This document shows, piece after piece, positions 49,402-62,716 of a stretch of DNA of 64,000 bases (its first letter is position 1; every line of letters begins with the position of its first letter). This DNA comes from Octopus bimaculoides (Eukaryota): contig NC_068987.1 of NCBI RefSeq assembly GCF_001194135.2, positions 72,843,288-72,907,287 on the forward strand, in the 5' to 3' direction. The translations under genes were made by a program, and so were the position numbers. The notes beneath the pieces are model-generated. The model worked only from the letters and a program-made list of their open reading frames with translations. It made no database searches and was not told the DNA's origin.

Positions 49402-51137
49402 CACTGGGGAACAGGGTTTTTGTTGTCAGATGTTGGAGATGTTTCCTACTGGGGTGCTGATTTCAAAAATGAAATTCATTTTGCTCTGTCACGTTAAGAT
49501 TTTCCACAAACTTAGATGTCCATTTTTCAACATTTCTGGTATTGTCACCATCTCTAAGGAGAGATTTGACTTCATCAAATGCGAACCCATGTATGGAGCA
49601 TGACATAACTTTGAAAATATAGTTTTGAAATGTCATTTAAAGTAAATACAACTACAAAAGTGAAAACAAAAGTCATGATTTAAGTACCTTCAGTAAATGA
49701 TAAGCATCAAACTTGAGCAACTTTCACTATTTTCAACCTAACCAGTTTCAAATGTCATGATGATGATAGAAATGTTCTTTATATAATTAGATATTAAGAA
49801 ACACCATACATGTCTCGTATTTGTGGAATTTATCTGCAGATATGGGCATGCTCTGCTGAATTTAGTGTGATTATCATTGCAAACTAGACAAGACATGTTT
49901 AATTGAACTTTTAAACCATTTCTCATGAAAATTGGTATTTTGAACGTGTCCTTAATGTTTTAATTGTGAGTTCATACGGGTCAAGGTCACTTTTTGTCAA
50001 GCATGGTCAAAAGACTGTAAAAAGAACTTCATGGTATGCATGCTCTTTATGAAACTTTGCCATCACAAATCTGCATGTGCTTACTTTATAGCTGTTGACT
50101 ATTCTGAAAGTACTTTTCCCAGGTGACAACTGGCTTGAATATGTTCTGTGTTTCAGAAATATAGCCAGTTGTGAGAGAAGAGAATGTAAGAACAGCCCTG
50201 ATGTCTTCTGCTTATTTTTGGATTAGGCAGTGAAATAAACTCACAGATTTTGTGAAGAGAGCTTACCTTACTTCCTTACTTACTTTAGCATGAAACTGGG
50301 TGACAAGACAAAGCCTGGGTGCCAAATAGAGTGCACAAAACATGTGTTGAAACACTGAAACAGTGACTGCTTCAAATGCTTAAGCAGAAAGTTACCAGTT
50401 TTGTCTTGTGAGAAAATTAAGGTTGGTGTATTTGATGGGCCACATTTCAGGATGAGCTATTTTTGAAGATCATGTCTGGCATTGAAAAATAATCACAGGA
50501 TGCTTTTGCTGCAGTTGTGTCTGATTTCCTGGGAAACATGAAGTCATTAAATTATGAAAATGTTGTGCAGATCCTTTTAAGCAGTTTTCAAGCACTGGGC
50601 TGCAACATGAGTGTAAATGTGCACAGTCATCTGGACTACTTCCTTGAAAATCATAAGGCAATAAGTGATGAGCAAGGAGAAAGATTCAACCAAGACATTG
50701 AGAACATTGGAGACTAGGTATCAAGGCCGGTGGAACACCAACGTGATGTTGTCTACTGAAGGTCACCATAAAGAGACTGACATGATGAAATTTATTCACA
50801 TAAAGCAGCAAAAAGAATGTTAATTCCTTGAATACCTGAAACTCCAGTTTGACAGAAAGATCTATTCTAAGATGTGTAATTAAATATTTGTGTAATTAAA
50901 TATTTGTGTTAAACAATAAAAAGTACAATTTGATTTGTGTTAGTTTCTTATTTCAGCATTGCATTTAATGACAAAGTTGACATTTTTGGTAAAAAAAAAA
51001 TGAATTCCTGTTTAACAAAAAACTTGACATCATAGAAAATTTCTGAGGGCATTTCTGAACCTGGCAACAACAATTTAGATAGGATTAATTGTAAAAAACA
51101 AGACAACTAAACTTTTTTTCAAAAACATTACCCACTG
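49402..51137 (+). mobile_element. Chapaev3-type transposon, internally deleted, both ends present
   Basis: TAA|CACTGGGGAACA ... CATTACCCACTG|TAA (3-bp TSD). CKNSPDVFC, MKLGD..K.W.P..V.K.CVE, FLGN.K..NYE..V..LL.SF..LGCNMS..HSHLD.F.EN...SDEQGERF.QDI. Confidence 0.82.
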
Positions 51138-51206
51138 TAATTTTTCAGGGTCACTCATTATTTGGTCTATGAATGCTTCAAAACAGGGAGGGGGGAAAAT
51201 GCTTAC

Positions 51207-51293
51207 CTTTTTATAGTCTATCATTCCATTACTGTCAACATTGAGTTCTTCCATCAGCATTTTGGCATCAGCAGAAGACATTTTTTCTCCTTT
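51207..51293 (-). CDS. EFCAB7: EFCAB7 coding exon 4 (EF-hand): KGEKMSSADAKMLMEELNVDSNGMIDYKK
   Basis: ttgcaAG / GTAAGC, 87 bp, phase 0-0; matches recalled RGEKMTREEV..I..ADVNADGKFDYIK. Confidence 0.9.
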
Positions 51294-51912
51294 CTTGCAA
51301 AATTATATTTTGAAATTAAATTAATCAAGTGACATAAATGAACACACACACACACACACGTGTATGTGTATATGCATATATGTGCATGTGTGTATGCAGA
51401 CATGCACATATGTGCATGCACACACATACATACACTGACATGCAAGCACATGCACACACAAAAGTACATACACATGTCCACATACATACACATACAACCA
51501 AAAGTATAACTATATAAAATAAAAATAACATGACAATACATATTTTTTTGTAATGGTTTAGTCATAAAATGAGGGGCTACATCCATCCATGAGATTTTCT
51601 ATAAGGCTTCAAAGACTGGTGAGGGAAGGAACAAGGGTTATTATCATTCCACAGAGTGGACTCCACAAAAAAGTACCCAAGGTGGTTATGTTAAACTGGG
51701 CATCATATTACATCTACCTCATCCCTCCCAAGAGAATGTACAGTCCATCTGAAAGACTTCTGAACAATTTCCATGTTCCAAATTTCATTCACAAAGTTTC
51801 AGTCAACCTGAGCCTAAAGAAGAAGACCATGCAGAGGAATCAAACTTGGAGAATGTCTGTGATGCAAAACTTTTTGAGCACATAGTTATAGCTTTACCTA
51901 TATACATATTGT

Positions 51913-52292
51913 GGAGGTACAATGGCCCAGTGTTTAGGGCAGCAAACTCGCGGTTGTAGGATCGCAGTTTCAATTCCCGTACCGGGCGTTGTGAGTGTTT
52001 ATTGAGCGAAAACACCTAAAGCTCTACGAGGCTCCAGCAGTGGGTGGTGACGAACCCTGCTGTACTCTTTCACCTCAATTTTTTCTCACTCTTAGTTCCT
52101 GTTTCTGTTGTGCCTGTAACTCAAAGGGTCAGCCTTGTCACACTGTGTCCCACTGAATATCCCCCGAGAACTACGTTAAGGGTACACATGTCTGTGGAGT
52201 GCTCAGCCACTTGCACATTAATTTCATGAGCAGGCTGTTCCTTTGATCGGATCAACTGGAACCCTCGTCGTCGTAACCGATGGAGTGCCAAC
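51913..52292 (+). mobile_element. tRNA-derived SINE (family D), full length; second copy at 60596-60931
   Basis: GGAGG..CAATGGCCCAGTG.TTAGGGCAGC head with B-box GTTTC.ATTCCC; the two copies align throughout apart from a ~40-bp deletion in the second. Confidence 0.88.
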
Positions 52293-53484
52293 CGGTGCAG
52301 AATATACATATTGTATATCCTTACTGCATCATCACTTATAAATACTAGCTTAAAAGCCACCTGATAGGGCAGCTTTTAAGCTAGCTCTTGCGGAGGACGC
52401 TTCATTGGGCTTTGAGCCCAATAATGACACTTTATGCATTGAGTACATATTAAATTTTATTACACTTGACCAATATTTTTCAAGCAATGAACAATTTACA
52501 TCAAAACAATGATATAATGTGTCGACTTGGAACTTATTACAAATCTTCATGATAAACAATTTTTTTTTCTGTCTAACCACTTTCTTTCTCTCTCTCTCTC
52601 ACTTTCTGTTGATTGTTTTCAACCATCACCATCACCAGTACCACCACCATCGCCACCACAACTGCCATACACACACCATTCAGACTTCTGACGCCACCAC
52701 CAACAATACTTTTGACTTTCCCACCTTCCCCTCCACCACCATCACCACTGTCTTTCCCATCGCTTACTATCACCGTCATCCCTAACTGCCTCGGCTACTG
52801 TTGAGGAGACTGAAGCAGTGAAAAATGAAGTGTTTTTGCTAAAGAACACAAGGAGTGTTTCTTTCTTTTTCTTTTAAGACAGTAAGACGTGATTTGAGGG
52901 TGATTTGGTTGCTATTTCTAACAGAACAAGCAATAAAACAGAGGTTCCCTGATATTTTAAGAGTGTAAGCAGCAGAGCTGTAAAATGACCGAGTTTTTCA
53001 TTAGCCAATAATCTTGAGTTCAAATCTTCTTGACGGTTTAGAGAAGACAATGGGACACTACCCCAATGTATTTGTCCACTGAATCAATACAACAGAAGAA
53101 TGGTTTTCCCCAGTTGTGCCTAAATGCACGACCCAAAACTATCAAATAATTAATCCCAGATGCAGGCATGGCCATATGTTTAAGAAGAATGCTTTGCGAC
53201 CATGTGGTTACGAGTTCAGTCCTGCTGCGTAGCACCTTGGGCAAGTGTCTTCTGTTATAGCCTTGGGTCAAACAATGCCTTGTGAGTGAATCTGGTAGAT
53301 GGAAACTGTGTAGAAGCATTGTCATCATCATCATCATCATCATCATCATTTAATGTTTTTTTTTCCATACTGGCATGGGCTAGATGGTTTCACAGGATCT
53401 GGTGAGCCACTGTGGGTGGGGCNNNNNNNNNNNNNNNNNNNNNNNNGGGGCGGGGGGGACTGCATTGAGCTCTAAAGCTTGACG

Positions 53485-53521
<37 letters not shown>

Positions 53522-53758
53522 TTTGTGCCTGTGTCTGCTCCCTTCCCACACATACATACACACTGCTTGACAACCAGTGTTGCTTTGTTTACATCCCCAT
53601 AACTAAAAAAAAAAAGGTACAGGGGTTGAATTGTTCAATTAAACCCTTCAAAGGAGTGCCCCAGCATGATCGCAATTCAAGGACTTATACAAGTTAAAGA
53701 CGAGAGAAGGAAAAAAAAAAACTCATTGCAAAACAAGAACAATAACTCAAAGACTTAC

Positions 53759-53904
53759 TGTTGTCATAAGATTAAACAGTTTAGTGTCGGAGATGTAACC
53801 ATCACCATCTGTGTCAAGACATTGGAATGCTTGAACAACATCATTTGTAGATGTTTGAGGTTCATCGGAGCATATCTTGCAGAAATCTTCAAAGCTCAAG
53901 GAAG
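53759..53904 (-). CDS. EFCAB7: EFCAB7 coding exon 3 (EF-hand): (A)SLSFEDFCKICSDEPQTSTNDVVQAFQCLDTDGDGYISDTKLFNLMTT
   Basis: tgttatAG / GTAAGT, phase 1-0; matches recalled LNFDDFC...FKQLDVNDDG.I...L...LTK. Confidence 0.92.
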
Positions 53905-54147
53905 CTATAACACAAAATAAATAAATAAATAAATCTTCACCACCACCACCACTGTCATCATCATCATCATTGTTACATCATGTTGTATCTTGAGAGAGCT
54001 GTTAAGACAATAATAAACTGGTTTTATTTTACTTCTTTTCATTCTCATCATTTAACATCCATTTTCCATGCTGGCGTGGGCAGGACGGTTTAACAGGAGC
54101 TGGCAAATCGGAGGGTTTCCCTAGCTCCAGTTATAATAGTAGTAGTA

Positions 54148-54213
<66 letters not shown>

Positions 54214-56256
54214 GAGCACTCCGTCGGTTACGACGACAAGGGTCCCAGCTGATACGAGTAACGGAATAGCTTGCTCGTGAAATTAATGTGCAAGTGACTG
54301 AGCAATCCACAGACACGTGTACCCCTAATGTAGTTCTCAGGGAAACTCAGTGTGACAAGGCTGGCCCTTTGAAATACAGGTACTACTCACTTTTGCCAGC
54401 TGAGTGGACTGAAGCAATGTGAAATAAAGTGTCTTGCTGAAGGACACAACGTGTCGCCAGGAATCGAACTCACGACCTTACGATCATGAGCCGAATGCCC
54501 TAACCACTAAATTATTGTGTATAGTGCTCAGGTGCACTACAACTCATCAAAGGTGCATGTACAGTACATAGAATTATGTTTAAAATTGCTGGCTTTGCAC
54601 CAAAATTTGAAACAAATTAGTATTAAATTCATTAACAATTGACCAATCGACTAATCAATTTCATGATTAATCATTTGGTCAGTCAATCAAACAGCTATGT
54701 TTATCAAAGTCCTTTTGTCTGTTTTGGCAAGGTTTCTACAGCTTGCTGCTCTTCCTAATGCCAACCATTTTACAGAGTGTACTAGGTGCTTTTTATGTGA
54801 CACCACCATGGCTGCTCTTTTACGAGGAGCCAACATGTGTGCCCTTTTACACGATGCCAGATTGGGAGCTTTCTTACATAGAGCCAACACAGGTATCTTT
54901 TACATGGCACCGGCACTTCTTATATTATTATTATTGTTACTGTGTCATAAAAACTGCTTAGTGGCATTTCATGTTATCACATTCTGAGTTCAAATACTGC
55001 TGAAGTTAACTTTGCCTTTCATACTTTCAGGGTCAATAAAATAAAGTACCAGTCAAGTACTGGAGTTGATGTAATCAAATAACACTTCCCAAATTGCTGG
55101 CTTGGTGCCAAATTTGAAACAAATCAGTGTTAAATTCATTAACAATTAACCAATCAACTAATCAATTTCTTGATTAATCATTTGGTTTCGTTGATATTCA
55201 AGACATATCCTCTCTATTCCAAGTCTGCTTTAAGTCTGAACCTAGCTTATTGATTAATCAAACAATTAAATAGCTAATTGGTTAAATGTTAACGGACTGA
55301 CTAATAATAACAAAAGAAGTGAAATAGAGCCAGCGTGTGTATATTGTTGTGATAATGACCCTCCCAAAATACAACAAAATCTGTTTCAACACATGAGCTC
55401 AGATTAGTAGTCTTGTAAACCAAATATGAAAATGAAATAATGTTACACAAGATTTTCTATTTTGATAAGGGTTGAATAGCAGTAAGTTGTTGCTTGTCAT
55501 GGGCCTATTGATCAACACAACAGCAGAGAATAGCCATCACTGTTTGAGGCTGTGTATGGCAGGTGCTTTTTTGCTCTCTTTATTTTCTTTTTTAAAACCA
55601 TCCACTCTATTTGTGATATACACCTCAATTTTTGGAGTGTTTTCTCTGTAGTTGTAGCGTATCATATTGAAGGGCCATGGCAAGTGATGATATGCATGCA
55701 TGAATGCACACACACACACATGACTGGTGCAGGCATGGCTATGTGATTAAGAAGTTCATTTCACAACTATCTTGCTTCAGGTTCAATTCCATTGTGCAGT
55801 ACCATGGGCAAGTGTCTTCTACAGTTGCTCTGGGCCAACCAATGGCTTTGTAAATGAATTTGGTAAATGGCACATGTGCATGCAAATGTACATGGATTTT
55901 GACACTGTGTAAATGCAAAGATACTGTTGCTAACATTCACTATGACCAGTTGCTCTGAGTTTTGAAGACCTTACATAACAAACTAGGTGTGGGAAAATCA
56001 TCTGGCAGTAAAACTTTGCCTCAAAATTCCATTTCCCATCCAAGCCATGCTAGCATGGTAAGAAGAATTACATGGTTAGAAGAATTAGAAGAATTACAAC
56101 AATGATAACAATGACAGGCTTCTGTACAGTTTCCAGGAAATTTGGGATTGACTCTGGGACTCCACTACCATACCTGCAAGTTCAGAACATTAAGACACAA
56201 AGAATTAAATCTAATAATCTATTACCTACCCTCAACACCTTTATAGTAAAACATAC

Positions 56257-56322
56257 CTTTTACCAGTTTTCTGTATTTTTCGAGAGATTTTTTTGAGGGG
56301 TTTCGACCAGTTTGTTGAAGAA
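56257..56322 (-). CDS. EFCAB7: EFCAB7 coding exon 2: (V)LQQTGRNPSKKSLEKYRKLVK
   Basis: tttttAG / GTATGT, phase 1-1; matches recalled ALQHAGRNPSQKTINKYW. Confidence 0.92.
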
Positions 56323-56409
56323 CTAAAAACACAAAGACATAAATTGGTAGAATGAATTTCCAAGCAATACTATTTTTTTTTAATCATTAAAACTTTTAGA
56401 AATATTTTA

Positions 56410-57461
56410 CAAGGAGTGTTCCTTAAAGATTTCCTCTGACTCACTTCCGGTTGTTGCAGGAAACGGAATTTGTATGGGTATAATCATACATGTCTCTACA
56501 TGTCACATTGTAAATTGCAGCTTTCCACTAATATCTGTTTGTCTTTTAGAGCTGCTGAAGTGGACTAAAGTGTTATAATGGAGGCAGTTGAATGCAGATC
56601 AGTGATCAGGTTCTTATACTTGAAAGGTTGTACACCAAAAGAAACTTTTGATGAGATGAAAGAAGTTTATGGTGACAATGCACCATTATACAACATAGTC
56701 AAGCACTGGCGTTGCCAGTTGAAATGTGGTTGGACATTGGTGGAAACTGCTCCTATTCCTGGACAACCACATTCTGCCATTGATTACAACACCATCCATA
56801 AAGAGGAAGCTGTTATTTTGGAGGATCACCACATAACTATTTGGCAACTAGCCCAAGAAGTAAAGATAAGAGTAGGGTCCATGAAAAAAATCGTTCATGA
56901 CCACTTGCACATGTGAAAGTTGTCTGCACAATGGATTCCTTGGATGCTCACACCTTTTCAGAAGCAGGAATGAGTCAATTGCTCCAAGGCTCTTTTGACA
57001 ATGTGCCAAGAAAACAAGGAGGACTTTTTGGGGAGATTTATCATACAGGATGAAACATGGGTCCAACACTATGATCCTGAGACTAAAATCCAGTTGAAGC
57101 AATGGAAGAATGATAACTCACCACCTCCAAAGAAGGCTCATGTCCAACCCTCAGCAGGCAAGGTGATACTCACAGTCTTTTGGGACCAGTGTGGAGTAGT
57201 GGTGATGGATTTTCTGGCAAAGGGTACCACAATTAACAGGGCATATTTTGTTTCTCTGCCACAGAAATTGCAGGATGCCATCAAAGCAGAGAGGCATGGC
57301 ATGCTGACCAAAGGAGTCTGTCTCCTCCAAGACAACACCCCAGTTCACAATGCACGTGTTGCCCAGATGAAAGCACACTCCTGCAGCTATGAAATCCTTC
57401 CTCATCCCCCTTACTCTCCCAACCTCGGACCATCTGACTTCCACCTCTTTTCAACCATGAA
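56410..57461 (+). mobile_element. mariner (DD34D) transposon, decayed, 3' part lost in an N gap
   Basis: RSVIRFL.LKG, KLSAQWIPWMLT, QDETWV.HYDPETK, SAGKV..TVFWD, LLQDN...H, LPHPPYSP.L.PSDFHLF. Confidence 0.92.
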
Positions 57462-58109
57462 NNNNNNNNNNNNNNNNNNNNNNNNNNNNNNNNNNNNNNN
57501 NNNNNNNNNNNNNNNNNNNNNNNNNNNNNNNNNNNNNNNNNNNNNNNNNNNNNNNNNNNNNNNNNNNNNNNNNNNNNNNNNNNNNNNNNNNNNNNNNNNN
57601 NNNNNNNNNNNNNNNNNNNNNNNNNNNNNNNNNNNNNNNNNNNNNNNNNNNNNNNNNNNNNNNNNNNNNNNNNNNNNNNNNNNNNNNNNNNNNNNNNNNN
57701 NNNNNNNNNNNNNNNNNNNNNNNNNNNNNNNNNNNNNNNNNNNNNNNNNNNNNNNNNNNNNNNNNNNNNNNNNNNNNNNNNNNNNNNNNNNNNNNNNNNN
57801 NNNNNNNNNNNNNNNNNNNNNNNNNNNNNNNNNNNNNNNNNNNNNNNNNNNNNNNNNNNNNNNNNNNNNNNNNNNNNNNNNNNNNNNNNNNNNNNNNNNN
57901 NNNNNNNNNNNNNNNNNNNNNNNNNNNNNNNNNNNNNNNNTTCTAACTACTTATAATTATGCAGAGACATTATAGGAGCTGCCAGCATCAAATAAACTTG
58001 GGAAAACATTGATTCTTCAAAGATTAGAACAAAATGAAAAGAAAAAGAAATTATTATTTGAACATTGTTATCCTTATTTTTCTCTAAAACTTCTTTTCTT
58101 TTTTTTTTT

Positions 58110-59450
58110 TGTTTGTTTTTGAGGCAATAAGAGCAAGGTCATCAGTACAGAGGAGCTCCCAGAGGTAGCCTGTCTTGAATTCCTCTATTATTGCCTGGAG
58201 GACTATGATAAACAAGAGGGGTCTGAGGACTGATTCTTGGTGGATCCCTACTTCTACCCAGAATTCTTTGCTATACTCGTCACCAACCCTCACCTTACTG
58301 ACAGCATCTATGTACATGGCTTGTACAGCTCTCACCAACCATTCATCTATCCATAGTTTCTGCATTGACCACCAGATAAGGGATCAGGGGACCCTGTCAA
58401 GGGCCTTCTCCATGTCAACATAAGCCAAGTACAGAGGTTTATCTTTGGCTAGGAATTTCTCTTGCGGTTGTCTTACCAGAAATATAGCATCAGTGGTGCT
58501 TCTCCCTGGGACAAACCCAAACTGCATCTCATCTAAACTAATTCTCTAATTAGTTGGGCTATGACCCTCTCTGTGTCTTTCGTCACCTGATCCAACAATT
58601 TGATACCTCTGTAATTATTTCTATCTGAGACATAGACTATGGTGCTATGACTCCTTTGTGTATCACCTGGTTAACAATACGGATGACTAGACTATAGCCT
58701 ACACTGCCAGATATTTTAAGCATCTCTGCTGTGATTCCTGATGGGCCAGGGGATTTCCGTCTTCATACCCTTAATTGCTTTATCTATTAAGGTACTGTCA
58801 ATTCGGATAGCTGGTCCCTCTGTTGGGTTAACATCTGGCAGACTCTCTTTCTCTCATTCATTCTCTTCATTTAGCAACCTTTCATAGTGGCATCTCCAAG
58901 TTTCTCTCTTTGCAGCATCATTAAATGCAAGTGAGCAATCATCCATGTGGACACATTTCTCTCCTATGACATTGTGATTTTTCTCTCACGCACTGTCTTG
59001 CAATTCGAAACACTTCAAGTCTCTAGTCCTCATGACACAGAACATTGGCAAATTTCTTCTTATCTGCTTCCCCTCTGGTTAATTAAACCTGCCTCCTAGC
59101 TTCCCTTCTGGTGATCTGATACAATTCCCTGCTACTACCACACTTCCAGTCCAGGACTGTTTCTTTTCCCTAAAGACCCTGTCAACTATATTGTTCCACC
59201 GCCATGTCACCTTAGGTCAAGAGGAGACTTTGTATCAGCCACAGATCTGGTCAGTAGCCCTCAACAGGTTGTCCTATAGGAACCTCCAGTTGTCCTCTAC
59301 ATTATGTGAGGTTATATCCTCCTCCTTTTTGTCAAAAGCTTCAAGTAATACGTCTCTAAATTTGTCCATTCAGAGCATCTTTAGGCTTCCAGGCCCTTCT
59401 TTTCCACACTGGTCGTCTTCTGGGCAGCCATTGAGCCCTGATCCTGAAGT
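58110..59450 (-). mobile_element. RTE LINE fragment (linker and RT region), frameshifted
   Basis: DEWLVRAVQAMY..AVSKVRVG.EYS.EF.V.VG.HQ.SVL.PLLFIIVLQAI.EEFKTG..WELL..DDLALIA. Confidence 0.85.
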
Positions 59451-59533
59451 TGCTAACTATATATACACACGCACACACATACATACATACACACAACACA
59501 TGCATATACAACATACACACATCTATCTCTCTC

Positions 59534-59572
<39 letters not shown>

Positions 59573-61345
59573 CGCAAGGTATGGAAGGTTTTCGAAGGAC
59601 CGGAGAGATTATGTCCGGGTGGAGAATTACACCAGATATAGTACTATACAGAATACCGAAAGGATCTTCACCTCTTACATNNNNNNNNNNNNNNNNNNNN
59701 NNNNNNNNNNNNNNNNNNNNNNNNNNNNNNNNNNNNNNNNNNNNNNNNNNNNNNNNNNNNNNNNNNNNNNNNNNNNNNNNNNNNNNNNNNNNNNNNNNNN
59801 NNNNNNNNNNNNNNNNNNNNNNNNNNNNNNNNNNNNNNNNNNNNNNNNNNNNNNNNNNNNNNNNNNNNNNNNNNNNNNNNNNNNNNNNNNNNNNNNNNNN
59901 NNNNNNNNNNNNNNNNNNNNNNNNNNNNNNNNNNNNNNNNNNNNNNNNNNNNNNNNNNNNNNNNNNNNNNNNNNNNNNNNNNNNNNNNNNNNNNNNNNNN
60001 NNNNNNNNNNNNNNNNNNNNNNNNNNNNNNNNNNNNNNNNNNNNNNNNNNNNNNNNNNNNNNNNNNNNNNNNNNNNNNNNNNNNNNNNNNNNNNNNNNNN
60101 NNNNNNNNNNNNNNNNNNNNNNNNNNNNNNNNNNNNNNNNNNNNNNNNNNNNNNNNNNNNNNNNNNNNNNNNNNNNNNNNNNNNNNNNNNNNNNNNNNNN
60201 NNNNNNNNNNNNNNNNNNNNNNNNNNNNNNNNNNNNNNNNNNNNNNNNNNNNNNNNNNNNNNNNNNNNNNNNNNNNNNNNNNNNNNNNNNNNNNNNNNNN
60301 NNNNNNNNNNNNNNNNNNNNNNNNNNNNNNNNNNNNNNNNNNNNNNNNNNNNNNNNNNNNNNNNNNNNNNNNNNNNNNNNNNNNNNNNNNNNNNNNNNNN
60401 NNNNNNNNNNNNNNNNNNNNNNNNNNNNNNNNNNNNNNNNNNNNNNNNNNNNNNNNNNNNNNNNNNNNNNNNNNNNNNNNNNNNNNNNNNNNNNNNNNNN
60501 NNNNNNNNNNNNNNNNNNNNNNNNNNNNNNNNNNNNNNNNNNNNNNNNNNNNNNNNNNNNNNNNNNNNNATATATGTGTGTGTGTGTGTGTGTGTGGAGG
60601 CGCAATATCCCAGTGGTTAGGGCAGCAGACTCGCGGTCATAGGATCGCGGTTTCGATTCCCAGACCGGGCGTTGTGAGTGTTTATTGAGCGAAAACACCT
60701 AAAGCTCCACGAGGCTCCGGTAAGGGATGGTGGCGAACCCTGCTGTACTCTTTCACCACAACTTTCTCTCACTCTTTCTTCCTGTTTCTGTTGTACCTGT
60801 TTTTCAAAGGGACAGCCTTGTCACACTGTGTCACGCTGAATATCCCCGAGAACTACGTTAAGGGTACACGTGTCTGTTCCGTTGATCGGATTAACTGGAA
60901 CCCTCGATGTTGTAAGCGACGGAGTGCCAACAACAACGATATATATATATATATATACACACATACAACACATATACATATGTATATAAATATGCATATG
61001 CACACAAACTTACATACACACACACAAACTTCTAGAAGCCGAGAGATTCTTGATAATAAGGTTATACTACTTAGATAATCCATTCTGCTATAGGCACAAG
61101 GCCTGAAATTTTAGGGTAGGGGGATAGTCGATTATATCTACTCCAGTACTCAACAGGTACTTGTTTTAATGACCTTGAAAGATGAAAAGTGAAGTCAGCT
61201 TTAGTGGAATTTAAACTCAGAATGCAAAGATGGCTGAAATGCCACTAAGCATTTTCTCCAGCATTCTAATGATTCTGCCAGTTCACTGCCTTAGCTACTT
61301 AAATAATATCAACACTATCAAAAAGTAGAAACATTTTAATCTTAC

Positions 61346-61487
61346 CTAAAATCAGATCATCCAAGTTGTTTATGGAATCTTTAATTGACTTAAACACTGA
61401 GAGGTAGGCAGCTTTGCAGTCCAAAATGAATTCATCATCTTTATTGGTGTTATGTAGTGTTCTTTTTAGAGGTTGAGGTGTGGACAT
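61346..61487 (-). CDS. EFCAB7: EFCAB7 coding exon 1: MSTPQPLKRTLHNTNKDDEFILDCKAAYLSVFKSIKDSINNLDDLIL
   Basis: ATG directly after an AG (61489-61488), donor GTAAGA, phase 1; matches recalled FYMNCRAAYLTVFKSSLENI. Confidence 0.9.
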
Positions 61488-62716
61488 CTTTAATAGGCAA
61501 GAAAATCAAAAATTTTGTGATTAACATTTACAGAAATACAAAGATTTTTCAAACAAACAACATATAAATTTACAAATGCATTTTTTATTCATTTATTTTT
61601 TATTGATAATTTCAGCTGGGGGAAGATGCACCAATTGCTTTTGGAAGCCCTCTGAAACCGTTGATCTCAACATAGTCAATATTTTTCTTGTATATGTGGC
61701 AAGGCTTCTGCTGAGATTTGAAACCACCTCACTTAGAATTCTAGCTTAGAACCTCAGCATAAGTATGTTTCTAAATAGGGCATAAACACCTATGTGAACA
61801 TGGCTGGTGTGCTGTAACCAAGTGAACTAGAATTTTCCTGCCAAATGGCCTGATCACACATTCAAGAAACTCTGTTGGAGGTTATTAAAAGCCGGTGAAT
61901 TGAATCCCAGGCAAAGCCATCCAGAAGTCCACTCTATTCTATGAGATGGTCATATGTCTGCTTAATATGGTTGACCTAGGGCTAAACAGCACCAGCAGCA
62001 GCCCAAATTTCAACTTTTCCACTATGAATCTGTTAATCATCTTTACTTTTGCTGTTTAGGGATCTTCATGAAAATAATCTATAGTTAAGGTGTTCACTTT
62101 GCAATCAAGTGGTTTTAAGTTCTGTCCCACTGCGAGGTATTTCAGACAAGTTTCTTCTATTACAGCCCAAGGCTGACCAATGCCTTGTGAGTGAATTTGG
62201 TTGGTGTAAACTTTATGGAAGCCCATCGTGTATGTATGTATGTATGTATGTATGCATGTATGTATGGTGTGTGCGTGTGTAGTGAAAGAAACGTAACAGA
62301 GCACCAACACACGGATGTCTATATGGTATGAGTGAATAGAGACGAGTGTTCGTGTTTTTAACTAAAAACAGTGAAACCACTTCAATGGAAAATCGAACGG
62401 AGCTAAGCTGCAAATATCTCGAACCTGTTTCTACTTAAAAGTTGTGGGTAATTAAAACACTGAGAAGTCTTTAAGCGGTCACTCGACTTGCTTCAAATAG
62501 CAGCGACACCTCCTTCTAAGCAGATTCTACAGTCCTATAATTAGTGCTTGAAAATAAAGACGGGATGGCCATAACTGGAATGTCTTTGATCATAAGCCAG
62601 TTTGTCCTGGGACTAGATAATGATGGTATCAAATTTTGGTACAAAGCCGGCAATTTCGGTAGAGCGAGTAAGTCGATTGCATAGACGCCGGTGGTCGACT
62701 GGTACTTATTTTATCG

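Noticed and set aside
51913-51990. tRNA-like sequence (also at 12777, 20812 and 60596)
   Set aside because: SINE heads: A/B boxes are present but there is no complete cloverleaf, and each continues into SINE body.
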